Part shown: piece by piece, positions 27,201 through 38,399 of the stretch
Layout of the letters: each line of letters starts with the position of its first letter
Position numbering within the stretch: the stretch's first letter is position 1
DNA from: Pocillopora damicornis
Taxonomy: Eukaryota
Length of the DNA stretch: 64,000 nucleotides
Reading direction: 5' to 3'
Assembly (NCBI RefSeq): GCF_003704095.1
Contig: NW_020845065.1
Coordinates: forward strand, 62,001-126,000
Notes under the pieces: model-generated
Seen by the model: only the letters and a program-made list of their open reading frames with translations
What the model was told of the DNA's origin: nothing
Databases searched by the model: none
Translations under genes and position numbers: made by a program

Positions 27201-30200
27201 CGGGACCCATTATTTATACTTCTGAGTGGAGAGAGGCTCCATGAGATTTAAGAGTCTTTCCAAGAACACAACGCCATTACTTAGCCAAGTTTCGAACCAA
27301 GATCTCTCGAACAAGAGACTGGCACACTTATGCCATAAGGCTTCTACATCTCCCACTTGCTACAGCGTTTGGCCAAATTATTTATCTCATTGTCATTGAG
27401 ACACGTAAACATTTATCTGTCATGTTCCCTTTTTTCTTCTTTTCTAATTTTTTTCTCCAGGGCTGCTGAAATAATATTCTCAGTGGCAGAGTCCCATGCT
27501 CGCCACCATGGAAGTTCCAGCTTCGCTGTGGAGCAGCTCTATGGTCTTCTCACTAATGCACGTAGAAACCTGGGCGTATTTCAACATCATGATGGTATCA
27601 CTGGAACAGCAAAGGACTTTGTAGTTGTTGATTATGCCACAAGGTGCGCGTATGTGCGTACGTGCGGGCGGCCCTCATTATTTAATAGCGCTGTATCACG
27701 CGCGTTTCTCCGCCGGCGAGAAGACTTGAGACGTGTCGGTGAGAAGTTGCAGGGCTCTGGCACTTATAACATAAGTCCCAAACCCCTTGTAGACCTCTCG
27801 CCGACTCGCTTTGCTCTAAAAAACCTCGTACTTTCCCGTGGGCAAAGATACGCTCGTTCCAAAGCGCTGATAATGAGGTTCTGCTCGTAGTCTAGTAATA
27901 GCGCCCAAATATTATCTGGGAGGCATGGGTTCGAATTACGTCGAAACCTGAATTTTTTTAGCCCTCTTTTCTGCAATTGCTTCTAGGATCCTTCTTTTCT
28001 TGAGTTATTATGCTTGTTGCGGATTTCTTTCTTTTTTTTTTTATGAAGTTGTATGCTTATATTATTTAAACATCGTTGTAATTTAGAGAGTTTTTAATAT
28101 CCTTTAGGATGCTCCAATCTTTGAATGACATGCAGCGAGTGATACAGGACTCTGCCCACTTTTTGTTGACATCAGACAAATCGCACTACAGGACACCAGA
28201 TAAAGTGTTACCGCCCCTTAAGTTTGTACGTATCGTTTTTTTGTTTTTGTTTTTGCAGTTCTTTTTAGCTTAGTTTACTTTAATTTCCAAGGCTGCGAGC
28301 CGACGCACCATCGAATGAGCAAGCGAACGGAAGAGCGAAGGAGACAAAACAAATGTTGAGGAAAAATAAGAAGAAACCAATGATAAAAGCAAGCAGCCAG
28401 CCAATGAAACAACCCGTAACTAAACCATCCTACAACCACCAGCCCTTTTATCTAATTTCGCTCAAATTGTAGTTAAACCGTTTCGTATTACTTTGTTCAG
28501 GGTGAATCCAGACAAGCTCAAGATTCTATGCCAACTAAAGAGGTGCTAACTTTGTCCAATACACCAAGGTATGGTAACTGTTACGTATTATAAGAGCACT
28601 TTTAAATTCAATAGTATGAAAGCAAATCAAAAAGGCGAATGATAGTGAATATATATATATATATATATATATACATCACAAGGACGCAAGAACTACGAGC
28701 GTGGATAGCGAAGAGCTACTTATTTCTTCATAATAGGTTATTGTCACGTTTTTGGGCCCGACCATGCGCAACACCCCTTATTATCCTTGTGATTTTGAAC
28801 TGAAAACCCAAAGGAAACACCTCCACAACATATTCAGCGTCAATATATGAACACAAAAACATAAGTAAGGACATGTAAACTGCCTCGAGAGTAGGAAAGC
28901 ACGAGTGCATGATCGAATAGTGGCTTGTTTTCGATCGAGATCTGATTGGTTTTGATTATGGGACTAGAGTTCCATACTAATCTGAGAGCGAAGGAAAGCA
29001 AAGCATATGCAACCGAAAGATATAAAACCACTCTATGATCAGCACTCGTTGAAAGCCGCCTTGACTTTTATCACGAAAACAAGCAATCGAGGAATAACTG
29101 AAAATGAGAGTGATCTTCGCAGCAATGAACACTACTTAAGCAGTAGTGATAGAGAGGCCTAAAAAATATTCAGGCCTGTATGGGAGTTGAACTCATGACC
29201 TTTGCGATTTATTTTCAGGTCTTGTTTTCCTTACTGCTTAAGCAGTTTCATTACTGTGAAGATCACTCTCATATTCATTTATTAATCCGAAGTTTACATA
29301 CATGATATTCATCTATTCACAGTTATTCGAGCAATAGTCAGGTCTTACAGACATAACCTTGTTATTATAGGGCTTTAGTATTTTACAATTCCCTGACTAC
29401 AGAAAGAGAGCAGTTAGTCAGCCTTCACATCTCGGACCCAGCTGCCATGGTATGTTCACTGAATTCAGTTTTTATAAAAGTACACAGGCTCTCTACTTTT
29501 CAGGTTTTGACGGAATTATTCCATAACAGCTCGCAAACAGCCTCTTATTGACACCACTGAACGGGAAACTCACGGGCTTCTCGTGAAGTCTGCGAGAGTC
29601 GAGCTGGTAAGCAAACGACGGGTCTGTCACTAGAGCCCTTGCAGACCTCCCGCGAAGCTCTTGAAGCAGCGCCAATGATTTAATGTGTCCAATTCTTGAT
29701 TGATGATGAAAAGTTATTCCTTTCTGAATTGATTGCCTCTATCCAGGTTAGTGACAGTCAAGGAAAGGAAGTTCCAAGTCAGGTGAACTTATGGTGGGAT
29801 CACAGAGACAGAATTTCAGCTGCTAAATACGAAGTAAGATGTGCTATCATGAAGTCAGGTTGATTGCTTGTAATATTACCACCAGTTTGGGGAAAGCGCA
29901 CGCGAAAGCATCAGTGTCTTTAATAGTCGAGATAAAAAGCTGATGGTCAAAAGTCACTTTTCACGGCCGATGTGATCCCTGAATTCAACAGGTGCCGTTC
30001 CACAAATCCCTCCCCCGCCTTCCCCGCACCTTCCAAAAGGAACCAAAATATAGGTGAGTGACAAGGGAGGAGATTTAGGAGCGGATTAGAGATGGAGGGG
30101 GGAGAGGGGTTTACAAGTAGTCACTTTTCCATGTAGGGTTCCAAGCTCTCTTGAGTCAACTCTTCCATGCAGTGATAATTGTATTGATGGCTCAAAGCAA

Positions 30201-33200
30201 ATACAGGTTGATTCATTTCACCCATTTTGTGTATTTCAGCTCGTGTTTGTCGCCAAAGTTGCCCCTCTGGGTGTGACCACGTACTTTGTGTCATCAGGCC
30301 TCGGAGCAAAACAGAGTGAATACTCCAGTATCACAGAATATAACACAAACAGAAATCCTGAAAAACCAAGGTGAGGGTTGAACAAAAGGGGTACGTTTCT
30401 AAATAAACTGTGGTGCGGCGTCGGTGGGGAGAAGTATAAGATGATTTGGTCTTATCAACTGACAGAGTTAATAGTGAGGCTGACGTTTCGAGCGCTAGCC
30501 CTTCGTCAAAGCAAAAGGCGAGGGCTGTTGCACTTATTTAAAGATCAAGTCATGATTGCTCAAATTAAGTTTTTATATTTCATTTTACTTAACTTTGTAT
30601 TGTGCAAAATTGGCTATGTCATAATTTGGCGACTATGCCGTGGACAAGGAACCAAAATGACCCTGGGCTCGAGATTGTTTCCCCGCCGAAAGAAGACTTC
30701 AGAGTAGGCTACCAATTACATAGCCTTTTCTCGCCAAATAACACTGTAGACAGTGACCTCAACTTCCTTTTTTTTTTTTTTTTTTACCCAGTAAGTGCTT
30801 CTTCCACCGAAATTCGCACTTTAAATCACGTATTAGTTACATTGTTGTTTTAGGAAGGAATTTGCGCATCAAGTGAGGGAACCTGGTTCAGAAAGCATCT
30901 TCTTGGAAAATGACAATCTTAAAGTTGAATTTGATAGTCTTCGAGGTTTGTTGAAGGTGAGGTAGTTTTCTCCAGTTGCTTGCTTGTGTCTTATGTTCAG
31001 TTCTGTTCATATTTTGTTTACATTTTTGTCAAAAACCAAGGTACATTTTAACCTTTGAATAATCACTTAATTCGTCGTGTTCCAAAGTTACATAGAAACT
31101 AAAATTAGACTTTTTCTACCCATCTACTCCACTCTGTTTCGTCCACCGCTGTTTATGTAATTTAGTTTCGCGGCAATCTGAAAGTTGAATGTAAACACAG
31201 TAAATAAAAACTAAAGAAAAAGCTCTTCGGGACAGATAACATTCAGTACTTTCAAGGAACGGGCCACTGGCTTCACATGCGAGTCGAGTTTGTTATTTTT
31301 TGTCGTACTAGTCCTCAGGGGTTTTTTTGCCCTTTACAAAACCCAATGCTAGTCCAACTCGACTCATGAAACATTAGACTAGGAGCAGCTAAAAAGATGC
31401 GCCACTGCTAAAATCCAATCTTATTTACTTGTTGCGTTTAATTAAATTTCAGAGCATTACACATAAGCAAGACGGATCAGTAACCAATGTTGCCATTGAT
31501 TTTGTGTCGTATGGCACCACAGCGAGCAGGGATAGGAGTGGAGCGTATCTGTTTCTCCCTGACGGGCCTGCTCAGGTCTGACTCGACATTATCTGCAAGT
31601 TTAGGAGCCCTACGTGTATTTTGCGCCGGGAAATAGGTCATCCTCATCGGTGAATTCTTCCCGAAAGGAAGGATTTTCTGGTGTCCTACTTAGATCAGAA
31701 ATTATTGGATTTACTGATTGAAAAGATGGTTAAGTGACGTCATTTTAATTTCAAAGACTCGCTTTTTTGATTTTCTACTCTTATAAAATGGCGATTTTTG
31801 ATTGACGAAATTTCAGTTTATTTTGAGCGAAAAGGCACTCATAGTTTTCCCAACGGAAGCGTGATTATCAAATTAAACTTGAAAGTTATGACATGGATTC
31901 ATTGGGAAGAGTTTGAGTGCATATTGTTGTTTTTGGTTAAATAAGATACCGTTTTCAGGAGCATGGCCATGGAAGTGCAGAAATGATAAAAGCTATTTCA
32001 GAAATCAGCTTCGGATTCTGCTAGAATTCCCAAATTTTAAATATTTTTAAAACTGTTACTGCTCAAACTCGGGTGAATTTGTACTTGACTTATGTTCCCA
32101 TGGTGTATCGTTTCTCTTGTGTATTTGTAGGCTCATGGCCTTGGAGAGCAGGTTACAGTGTATGTAAGCAAAGGCAAGTTGGTGAGTAATTGATATCATT
32201 AGGTTGCACGTTACCCAGCTGCCTTCTAGCCATCACAACATTCGTACATGCGCAGACGTTTGACCGCTTTGTAAACAGTACGTCACATTTTATGGTCTTT
32301 AGTCTATTTTGCGGCTGTTGTTTGGTCTCGTCACGAAATGGAGAACAAATTGCCCGACAAGACCAAACGACTGCGGTCAAGAGAACTACCCGACCCAATC
32401 TTCTTTTTTTGACTCGACCCAATGTTCCTCCTACTTTTGCTCCGCCGTTTCTATCGCGTTGTTTCGTATTGTGTCTCGTAAGCTTCATTTAACCTTGCAG
32501 TTTTAAAAGTGGTGGGGCTTTCCCTTTAGTCAATTATTGTACACACCTTGAAGATGAGTAAATACAGGGTAATTTCAACTGAATTAAAAAATTGTGTTTG
32601 GAAAAAGAGATTTTACGTGATTCCAAGCATGCAGTGGGTGAAAATAAAGATAAAATAGGCAAGGCTTGGTATCTCAGTATGCGCGTTCTTCGACTACGTC
32701 CAATTTTTCAAAATAAAAATATTTCATTTTTGCTTTTCATGGAAAGATGCAAGAAGTACGTGTTGCTCTTCCCAATGTGGTGCATGTAGTCAGACTGTAC
32801 TCACTATCAGGTAAGTAAGCACTTGTTTGATCCTACTTACGGCGGTATGTTTCAATGTACATGAGATAGTTTGACATCCTTACGTGTTGCGAAAAGTTTT
32901 ACTTGTAAAAGTGGGCGAAAGTTGCTCACGAGATGTGTATTCCCAGATGACTACAGTTGCAAAAAAGGATGTGAAATAAGTAGAACAAAGTTTTCAAACT
33001 GTGTTTAACAGAACCTTAACTCTATTTTCCACGTTTTGATTTGCCACAGGACCTGAAGGACTAACTCTGGATATCCAGAACAAAGTAGACATACGAAATC
33101 AAATGAACAAGGTATATTGCAAAGCATCGGGGTCCCAGCATCTTTTGCTTTTATGATAAGCTTTGTCGCTGAATAAAGAACAGAGGATGATGTTCATTTT

Positions 33201-35174
33201 CTTTTTATGCAGGAATTGGTGATGAGAATAAAAAGCGGTATTCGGAACGCTGGCCGAGAATATTACACTGATCTTAACGGATTTCAGGTGAGGAGTGGAC
33301 ATAAAGAGCCGATGTTTTCAGTGATGAAAACCTTATGCGGCGCATTTAGAAAATTGAAGGACGTCGAGATTTCTTTATAAATAGGTTAATTGATGTACGT
33401 TTATGTCTTTCCAGTATAATCTTTCTTGACATCAGTTTGATCGTTCTTAACACTGTTCAATTACTTTTTTCACTAAAGATGCAAAAGCGCAAAACACTTG
33501 ACAAGATTCCTATCCAAGCCAACTTTTACCCTCTCCCTTCCATGGCTTTCCTTCAAGATAAATCGACGCGTTTGACACTTCTGTCAGCTCAGTCCAATGG
33601 AGTAGCCGGTCTACACGAAGGTATTGCTGTTTTGCTTGAGGCAGTTTTTTCCACACTCGTTGCGAACTAAGAGAACATTCATTATTCATCGCCTGAGGGG
33701 GTTTGGAGGATTTTTTTAGGATTAGTTTTCAGAGGGGACGGAAGAGTCAGTCGTCGCCAACAGAGTATAAAGTGGAACTGTAAAAAAATGGATTGCTAAT
33801 GAGCTGCCATTTAGGAGTAATCATAAGGATATTACACAGCCTTATGGGGGAACAGGTCAATTTTAACAAGTCCTTTGACCACCCCCGCGATAAAAAATGA
33901 CTGGTCCTTAAGATTGGCTTTTTAAAAATGGTGATATGTGCTTCAGCCAATTACTGAATGAAAATACTTAAATGTACACCGGCAAGCCGGTAAATCATGG
34001 AATGAATATTGGGTTGATAAAACACTAAATTCTTGGTACATAGTACTTGGCCAAAAAGAAACGTACGCTCTACAGTAAGAGGAATCATTTTTAAGATCTC
34101 AGAAGTAAAAGAGCCATTACTTTTTTTTCTTTATTTATCTATGTAGTATATTATTTGCAACACAGGTGAACTTCAAGTGGTTCTTGATCGCCGTTTGTAC
34201 CAGGATGATAACAGAGGCTTGGGTCAGGGCGTGACTGACAACAAAGTTACCCCCGCTAACTTCAGGCTGGTTCTACAGCGATTCAAAAGTCCACATGAAC
34301 CTGTAAGTAAAACAGCATAAGGAAGCTTATTAAGATAGGCATGGTGGTTCACTGAAGCGTCCTTATCAAGCTTAGCAGTAACATCTTGTGTTTTGCAGGA
34401 CGGTATTCCACTTGCCTACCCCTCCCTCGTTAGTCACAGATTGCTGCACCATCTTAATCACCCGCTGTTCACGTTAATAACTCCAGCTCAGCCCGCTGAC
34501 TCCGAGAACCTGCTGTCGGTTTTCGAAAGTTTACAGTCCAGTCTACCCAGTGATGTCTTCATGGTCACCTTGCGCTCAATTGGAGATAAACAGCGGCCTC
34601 GACCCAGTGGCGAGGCTTTGTTGGTACTTCACCGTCTAGGATATGATTGTAATTTTGAATGCAAGTGCCTCACAACGACAAGTAAAGGACAGGTGAAAAA
34701 AGTCGAGCATTAAAAAAATGATCTAAATTAAGGGAAACTTAGATGAAGAGAGAGACAAGGTCCTTCGAGGGCTCTGCGGTTTTATTTTAAGCTGGGCAGT
34801 GGTAATCTGCAATAGAACCTGAATTCATGTTAGGGAAACGAGGAAAAACTCGAGTTTAGGACTGTATCGACGGAGCCAACTTCTGTTCCCTCTCTTAGAT
34901 ATTGAATTGGAAACGCTTTTTTCCACAACTGGTTGTAGGCAGACTCAACGAAATTTCGCGAAAGTCATCACCAATGATTGGAAGTGTGGCTGACATTCCT
35001 TTTTTTTGGTTAATTTCACAGGTGAAGTTAAACCATTTGTTCCAGGATCTGTCGATCGACAAACTCCAGTCGACTTCTCTGACGATGTTACATGACTACC
35101 AAGAATTGGATCCCAGCTCCCCTCTGAACGTAGAACCAATGGAACTTTATTCTTACAAGATGAGACTCAAATGA
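18281..35174 (+). CDS. MAN2A1: Golgi alpha-mannosidase II (GH38), ~1146 aa, 29 coding exons
   Basis: Exons 18281-18400, 20288-20545, 21062-21206, 22588-22759, 23149-23282, 23576-23749, 24254-24339, 24488-24588, 25285-25417, 25690-25734, 26028-26079, 26311-26380, 26859-26939, 27461-27643, 28108-28225, 28501-28568, 29371-29449, 29747-29833, 30240-30370, 30854-30956, 31453-31575, 32131-32181, 32747-32810, 33050-33111, 33213-33287, 33479-33620, 34166-34302, 34399-34692, 35022-35174 (3441 nt). Type II anchor, [11 protein letters not shown] (Zn ligands), WAIDPFGH (nucleophile), [34 protein letters not shown]. Likely co-ortholog of MAN2A1/MAN2A2. Confidence 0.95.
19489..19692. mobile_element. MITE family with ttaacccttta(a/c)ctccc-type TIRs; related copies at ~9373-9530, 16649-16820, 17041-17252, 23997-24205, 24809-25022, 48625-48800, 50260-50380
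   Basis: Shared termini (ttaa-c-cttta-actcc...ggagttaaagggttaa, variably decayed) and shared internal segments such as gagaatttg...agatcaagataaca. Confidence 0.75.
21581..22520 (+). mobile_element. 5'-truncated non-LTR retrotransposon (CR1/L2-like) ORF2 fragment in MAN2A intron 3
   Basis: [27 protein letters not shown] (RT YADD-equivalent), [30 protein letters not shown]; one frameshift near 22270. Confidence 0.92.
26450..26542. repeat. Short palindromic MITE-like hairpin
   Basis: tacgtgtagcc...C-run-aggtgaa-acgc-ttcacct-G-run...ggctacacgta. Confidence 0.7.
27020..27355 (-). mobile_element. tRNA-derived SINE
   Basis: Typical cnidarian SINE body (gccggagtttatcccagtttcc...ggatggcatgctagtccat...ggagagagg...caagaacacaac) with a reverse-complement B-box (ttcgaacc) near 27291. 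Confidence 0.65.
28649..28673. repeat. (AT)n microsatellite
   Basis: atatatatatatatatatatatata. Confidence 0.9.
29105..29275. repeat. Fold-back repeat, tRNA/SINE-derived type
   Basis: atgagagtgatcttcgcagcaatgaa ... ttcattactgtgaagatcactctcat inverted arms. Confidence 0.65.
33668..33910. mobile_element. MITE with attcattattcatcgc / gcgataaaaaatgac termini
   Basis: Imperfect inverted termini in MAN2A intron 26. Confidence 0.55.
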
Positions 35175-36469
35175 TGACAGTTTATATATTAGTGGTTGAA
35201 TTTTACATATTTGATGCACCCTGCAAAAATAATATACACAGACACTTTCATATAGAATTTCCTGGTGAAAGTAAACAGATCCGCCGTGTTTGAATGAAAA
35301 AGAAATTTCATGACCCTCCTAAGGTCTGTCTACTGATCAAACATTGACTGAAAAAAAGCTGGGCAGTTTTACTACACTAGAGTGCTATATAGGAGAGTGG
35401 TCCTATGTTTGTGTACGTGTAAACCAGTCTAGTTAGATTAACGGGCTTATGCTATAAAATTTGAGATCTACCATAAATACTCAGGGCTGCTTGGTTCGAA
35501 AGCCGGCTAATCCAGGGAGAAAAGTTATACTTAGTTTAATTTCTCTTGTACAAAAGCGACTAGTATGCCAAAATTTTAGAGATTTTAACCTTGTGGCAAA
35601 ACTTATCTCAACAAAATATAAACAGTGAAACTCTGCGAACTGAAGAAAAACTCAGTTACTCCTAACTAAGTCTTACCTAATCGTGTTCTGAACAGCTCGA
35701 CTCAGAGTTGTAACCGTCAAAGCTATTTATACAAGGACCTTCACTGACTACAGTATATGGATAATAACGTTAAGGGCTCGATTCTTGTTTTGATTGGTTT
35801 TAAGCACGTGGAATGCCGCTAAGCAAAACGTGCAAAATAATAAAATAAACGAATAACAGATAATTGTCCTGATGAGGAACTGCTAGCTTTGTAACAAACT
35901 TAATCGACCATTTTCATATCAGACCAAACACACTAACAAGAAACAGTTTTGAATTAAGTAATGGTATTCAACTCTAGCACCGTGAGGACAGCGAATGCAT
36001 TCATAGAACAAGCGTATTAAGAGGAACGATCCTGTCTTTTCCATTCTAGCTGCTGTGGTCTCTGTCTATTTCACACCTCTCGACATAATACTAGAGAAGA
36101 TAGACAGTTTACAATCTCTAGCACAAAAGTAATCTGCATTTAACAAAGGTAGCAAAACATTGAACAAGTAGACAAATGTATATGGAGCTATATTGTGAAA
36201 AGGATAGAATCTTTAACTCTCAATGAATTTTAATCAATTGAATTAAAAATAAAAATCGACGTATTTTCCTGGTGTTGGTTGATGAGATTTGATGAACAAA
36301 TTAAAACATGATATCTCTGAGATTATTCAATGCAGGAACAACCTCCTTCCTTTTTCTTGTGTGAAAACGAATGTCAACTCGATGCAGAATTCTTCGTGAA
36401 GTGTCTTTGCTGAGCAAGGCTCTTGTTAACGGCGCAATGCTTGTGTTTCATCTCCTAGTTTTCCACATC

Positions 36470-37920
36470 TCTTTATTTTTTTATACTTTAAAATTCAATG
36501 AGCTTTTTTTTTTTAATTTATTTGTTTCTTTTTATTATTATTTTTTTTCATTATTATTATTTTTTTACAACATGATACTTACATTAACTACATTAAGGTT
36601 CCTTTCACGAGACTCTCTACGTACATTGCGTTACACTACTTACAGTATTCTTAAGATACAATTGGCATTTATGCTATTTACATTGTTCTACATACAATGA
36701 GATAATGCACACATATTTAGAGGCACATCATTTACACATACACACAAAAAAAGAGAAACTTATTCACAAAAAATTAAAAGTTACAAAAGTCAAAAAGGCT
36801 AAATTGTGGGTGGGATTGATAAGAGTAAGAGCTTGGGGAAAAAAAACCCAAAAGTACAACGTTTAGCAAAAATTGATTTTCAGATCAGCATAAGGAGAGT
36901 AAGATAAAGCCTGCGAGCACATTTGGAGCCCGCCCGCAAACTATATAGCAATTATAGTGCATGAAGTATTTTGTCCCACTTCTGTTGAAATTTATTTGGT
37001 GAGTCAGTCACGATAGATATTTGTTTTTCAATTTCTAAATTATATTTCAGCTGTTGCGCATATTCTCTGATAGACGGAGATATGTTCTTAAATTTACAGC
37101 AATAAATATAATCCCTTGCGAGGAGCAAACAATGGCTTACTAAAATATCCTCTTTCTCTCCGGCTAAAACCTAAACATTCATAGATATCCAAAACGTGTG
37201 AGGCTTGTATCAAATGAATTGAAACGAACAAACGATGAACCCTTCCCCAAAAGGTTTTCGTTACCGAGTATTCCCAGAAAAGATGGATTAATGTTTCCTT
37301 GCCTGTTTTTCACAAATAACAGAGAGCAGTCTCCAAAATTCCTATTTTAGATAGAAAGGAATTCGTTGCTATACGTCTGTGGAGAAATTTGAACTGGAAG
37401 TTCCTTATCTTAGTACTGAGCGTACACAACCTTGGTATTAAATAAATCGACCTCCAGCTCAAATCCTCCACCACTCAGTTCAAGGTCACAGTCCCTTGCC
37501 CATTTTTCTTGACTCTTTTGGGGGCTAGTAGAATTTTTTGTATTTAAATTTTACATGCTAATTTAGTCGGCTTGGTTGTTGCAATCAGTTTTTGCACCGA
37601 AAACCCCTGATCCTTTCCATCTTGCGTTTTCAATTTCAAAGACTTCATAGCGCTCCTTATGGCCGAGGTCACTTCATAAAATTCAAGATAAGCAACATTT
37701 CTCTCTAAACTCTCCATAAGTTATGACCCTAAAATCGTTAACAAGATCTTTGATATTTTGAACACCAGCTTCTGCCCAGTGCTTGTGAAAAAAAGGCCTA
37801 TCAGTAATTCTGACTAATGAGTTATTCCATATTATACCACCACTACAAAAGTCGCGTTTGGAGAGGAAAGAGTCTCCAAAATTAAAGTCCACCCAGATTT
37901 CGATAGGTTCTCGGAGAGCT
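36470..37920 (-). mobile_element. Degenerate 3' portion of an L1/Tx1-like LINE (zf-RVT region) with A-rich tail
   Basis: Minus-strand fragments IIWNNSLVRI...FFHKHWAEAGVQNIKDL, LSWRSIYLIPRLCTLSTKIRNFQFKFLHRRIATNSFL, ETLIHLFWE; T-rich tract at about 36470-36570 on the plus strand corresponds to the tail. Confidence 0.8.
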
Positions 37921-38399
37921 TTGAGCTTTCTGAGTGACCCTGCTCGCGTTATTCTAGTAAAGCAAAGCAGCTGTGGGTTGGCAGACAGTAAGAGGAGTTA
38001 ATTAAAATTGATCATACCGCAAGAGTTGTCAGAGCTCTCTACACTGTGGTCGGGGTTCAAGGAAACGAGATACACTGTTAAGTTGTAATCCACTTACAGG
38101 AACACAAAACATGCTAAGCCCGGCCCACTCGTTTAGGCTTCAACCGCAGGATTTACCAGTCCTAAGTGTCGAAAACGAAACACCGGTTCTTAGAAACTTC
38201 GTTTTCGAGTTAGGGTGCTTTGTTTTTGAGTTTAGACAATGTTTTGGTATTCGTTTTCTCTGAGTTTCTTTTTTGTTACTACCGGGATCTACCCCGGATA
38301 TGAATAGCAGACGAGGGTGAGAAAAGATAGATAAACAAGATTTTTTAATTATCGTCAAGATCAAAACACTCGGCGAGTTATGTGTACTTATGTGTGGTC

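Noticed and set aside
27880-27960. tRNA-like sequence (gggttcgaatt B-box)
   Set aside because: No cloverleaf; best explained as a decayed tRNA-derived SINE head.
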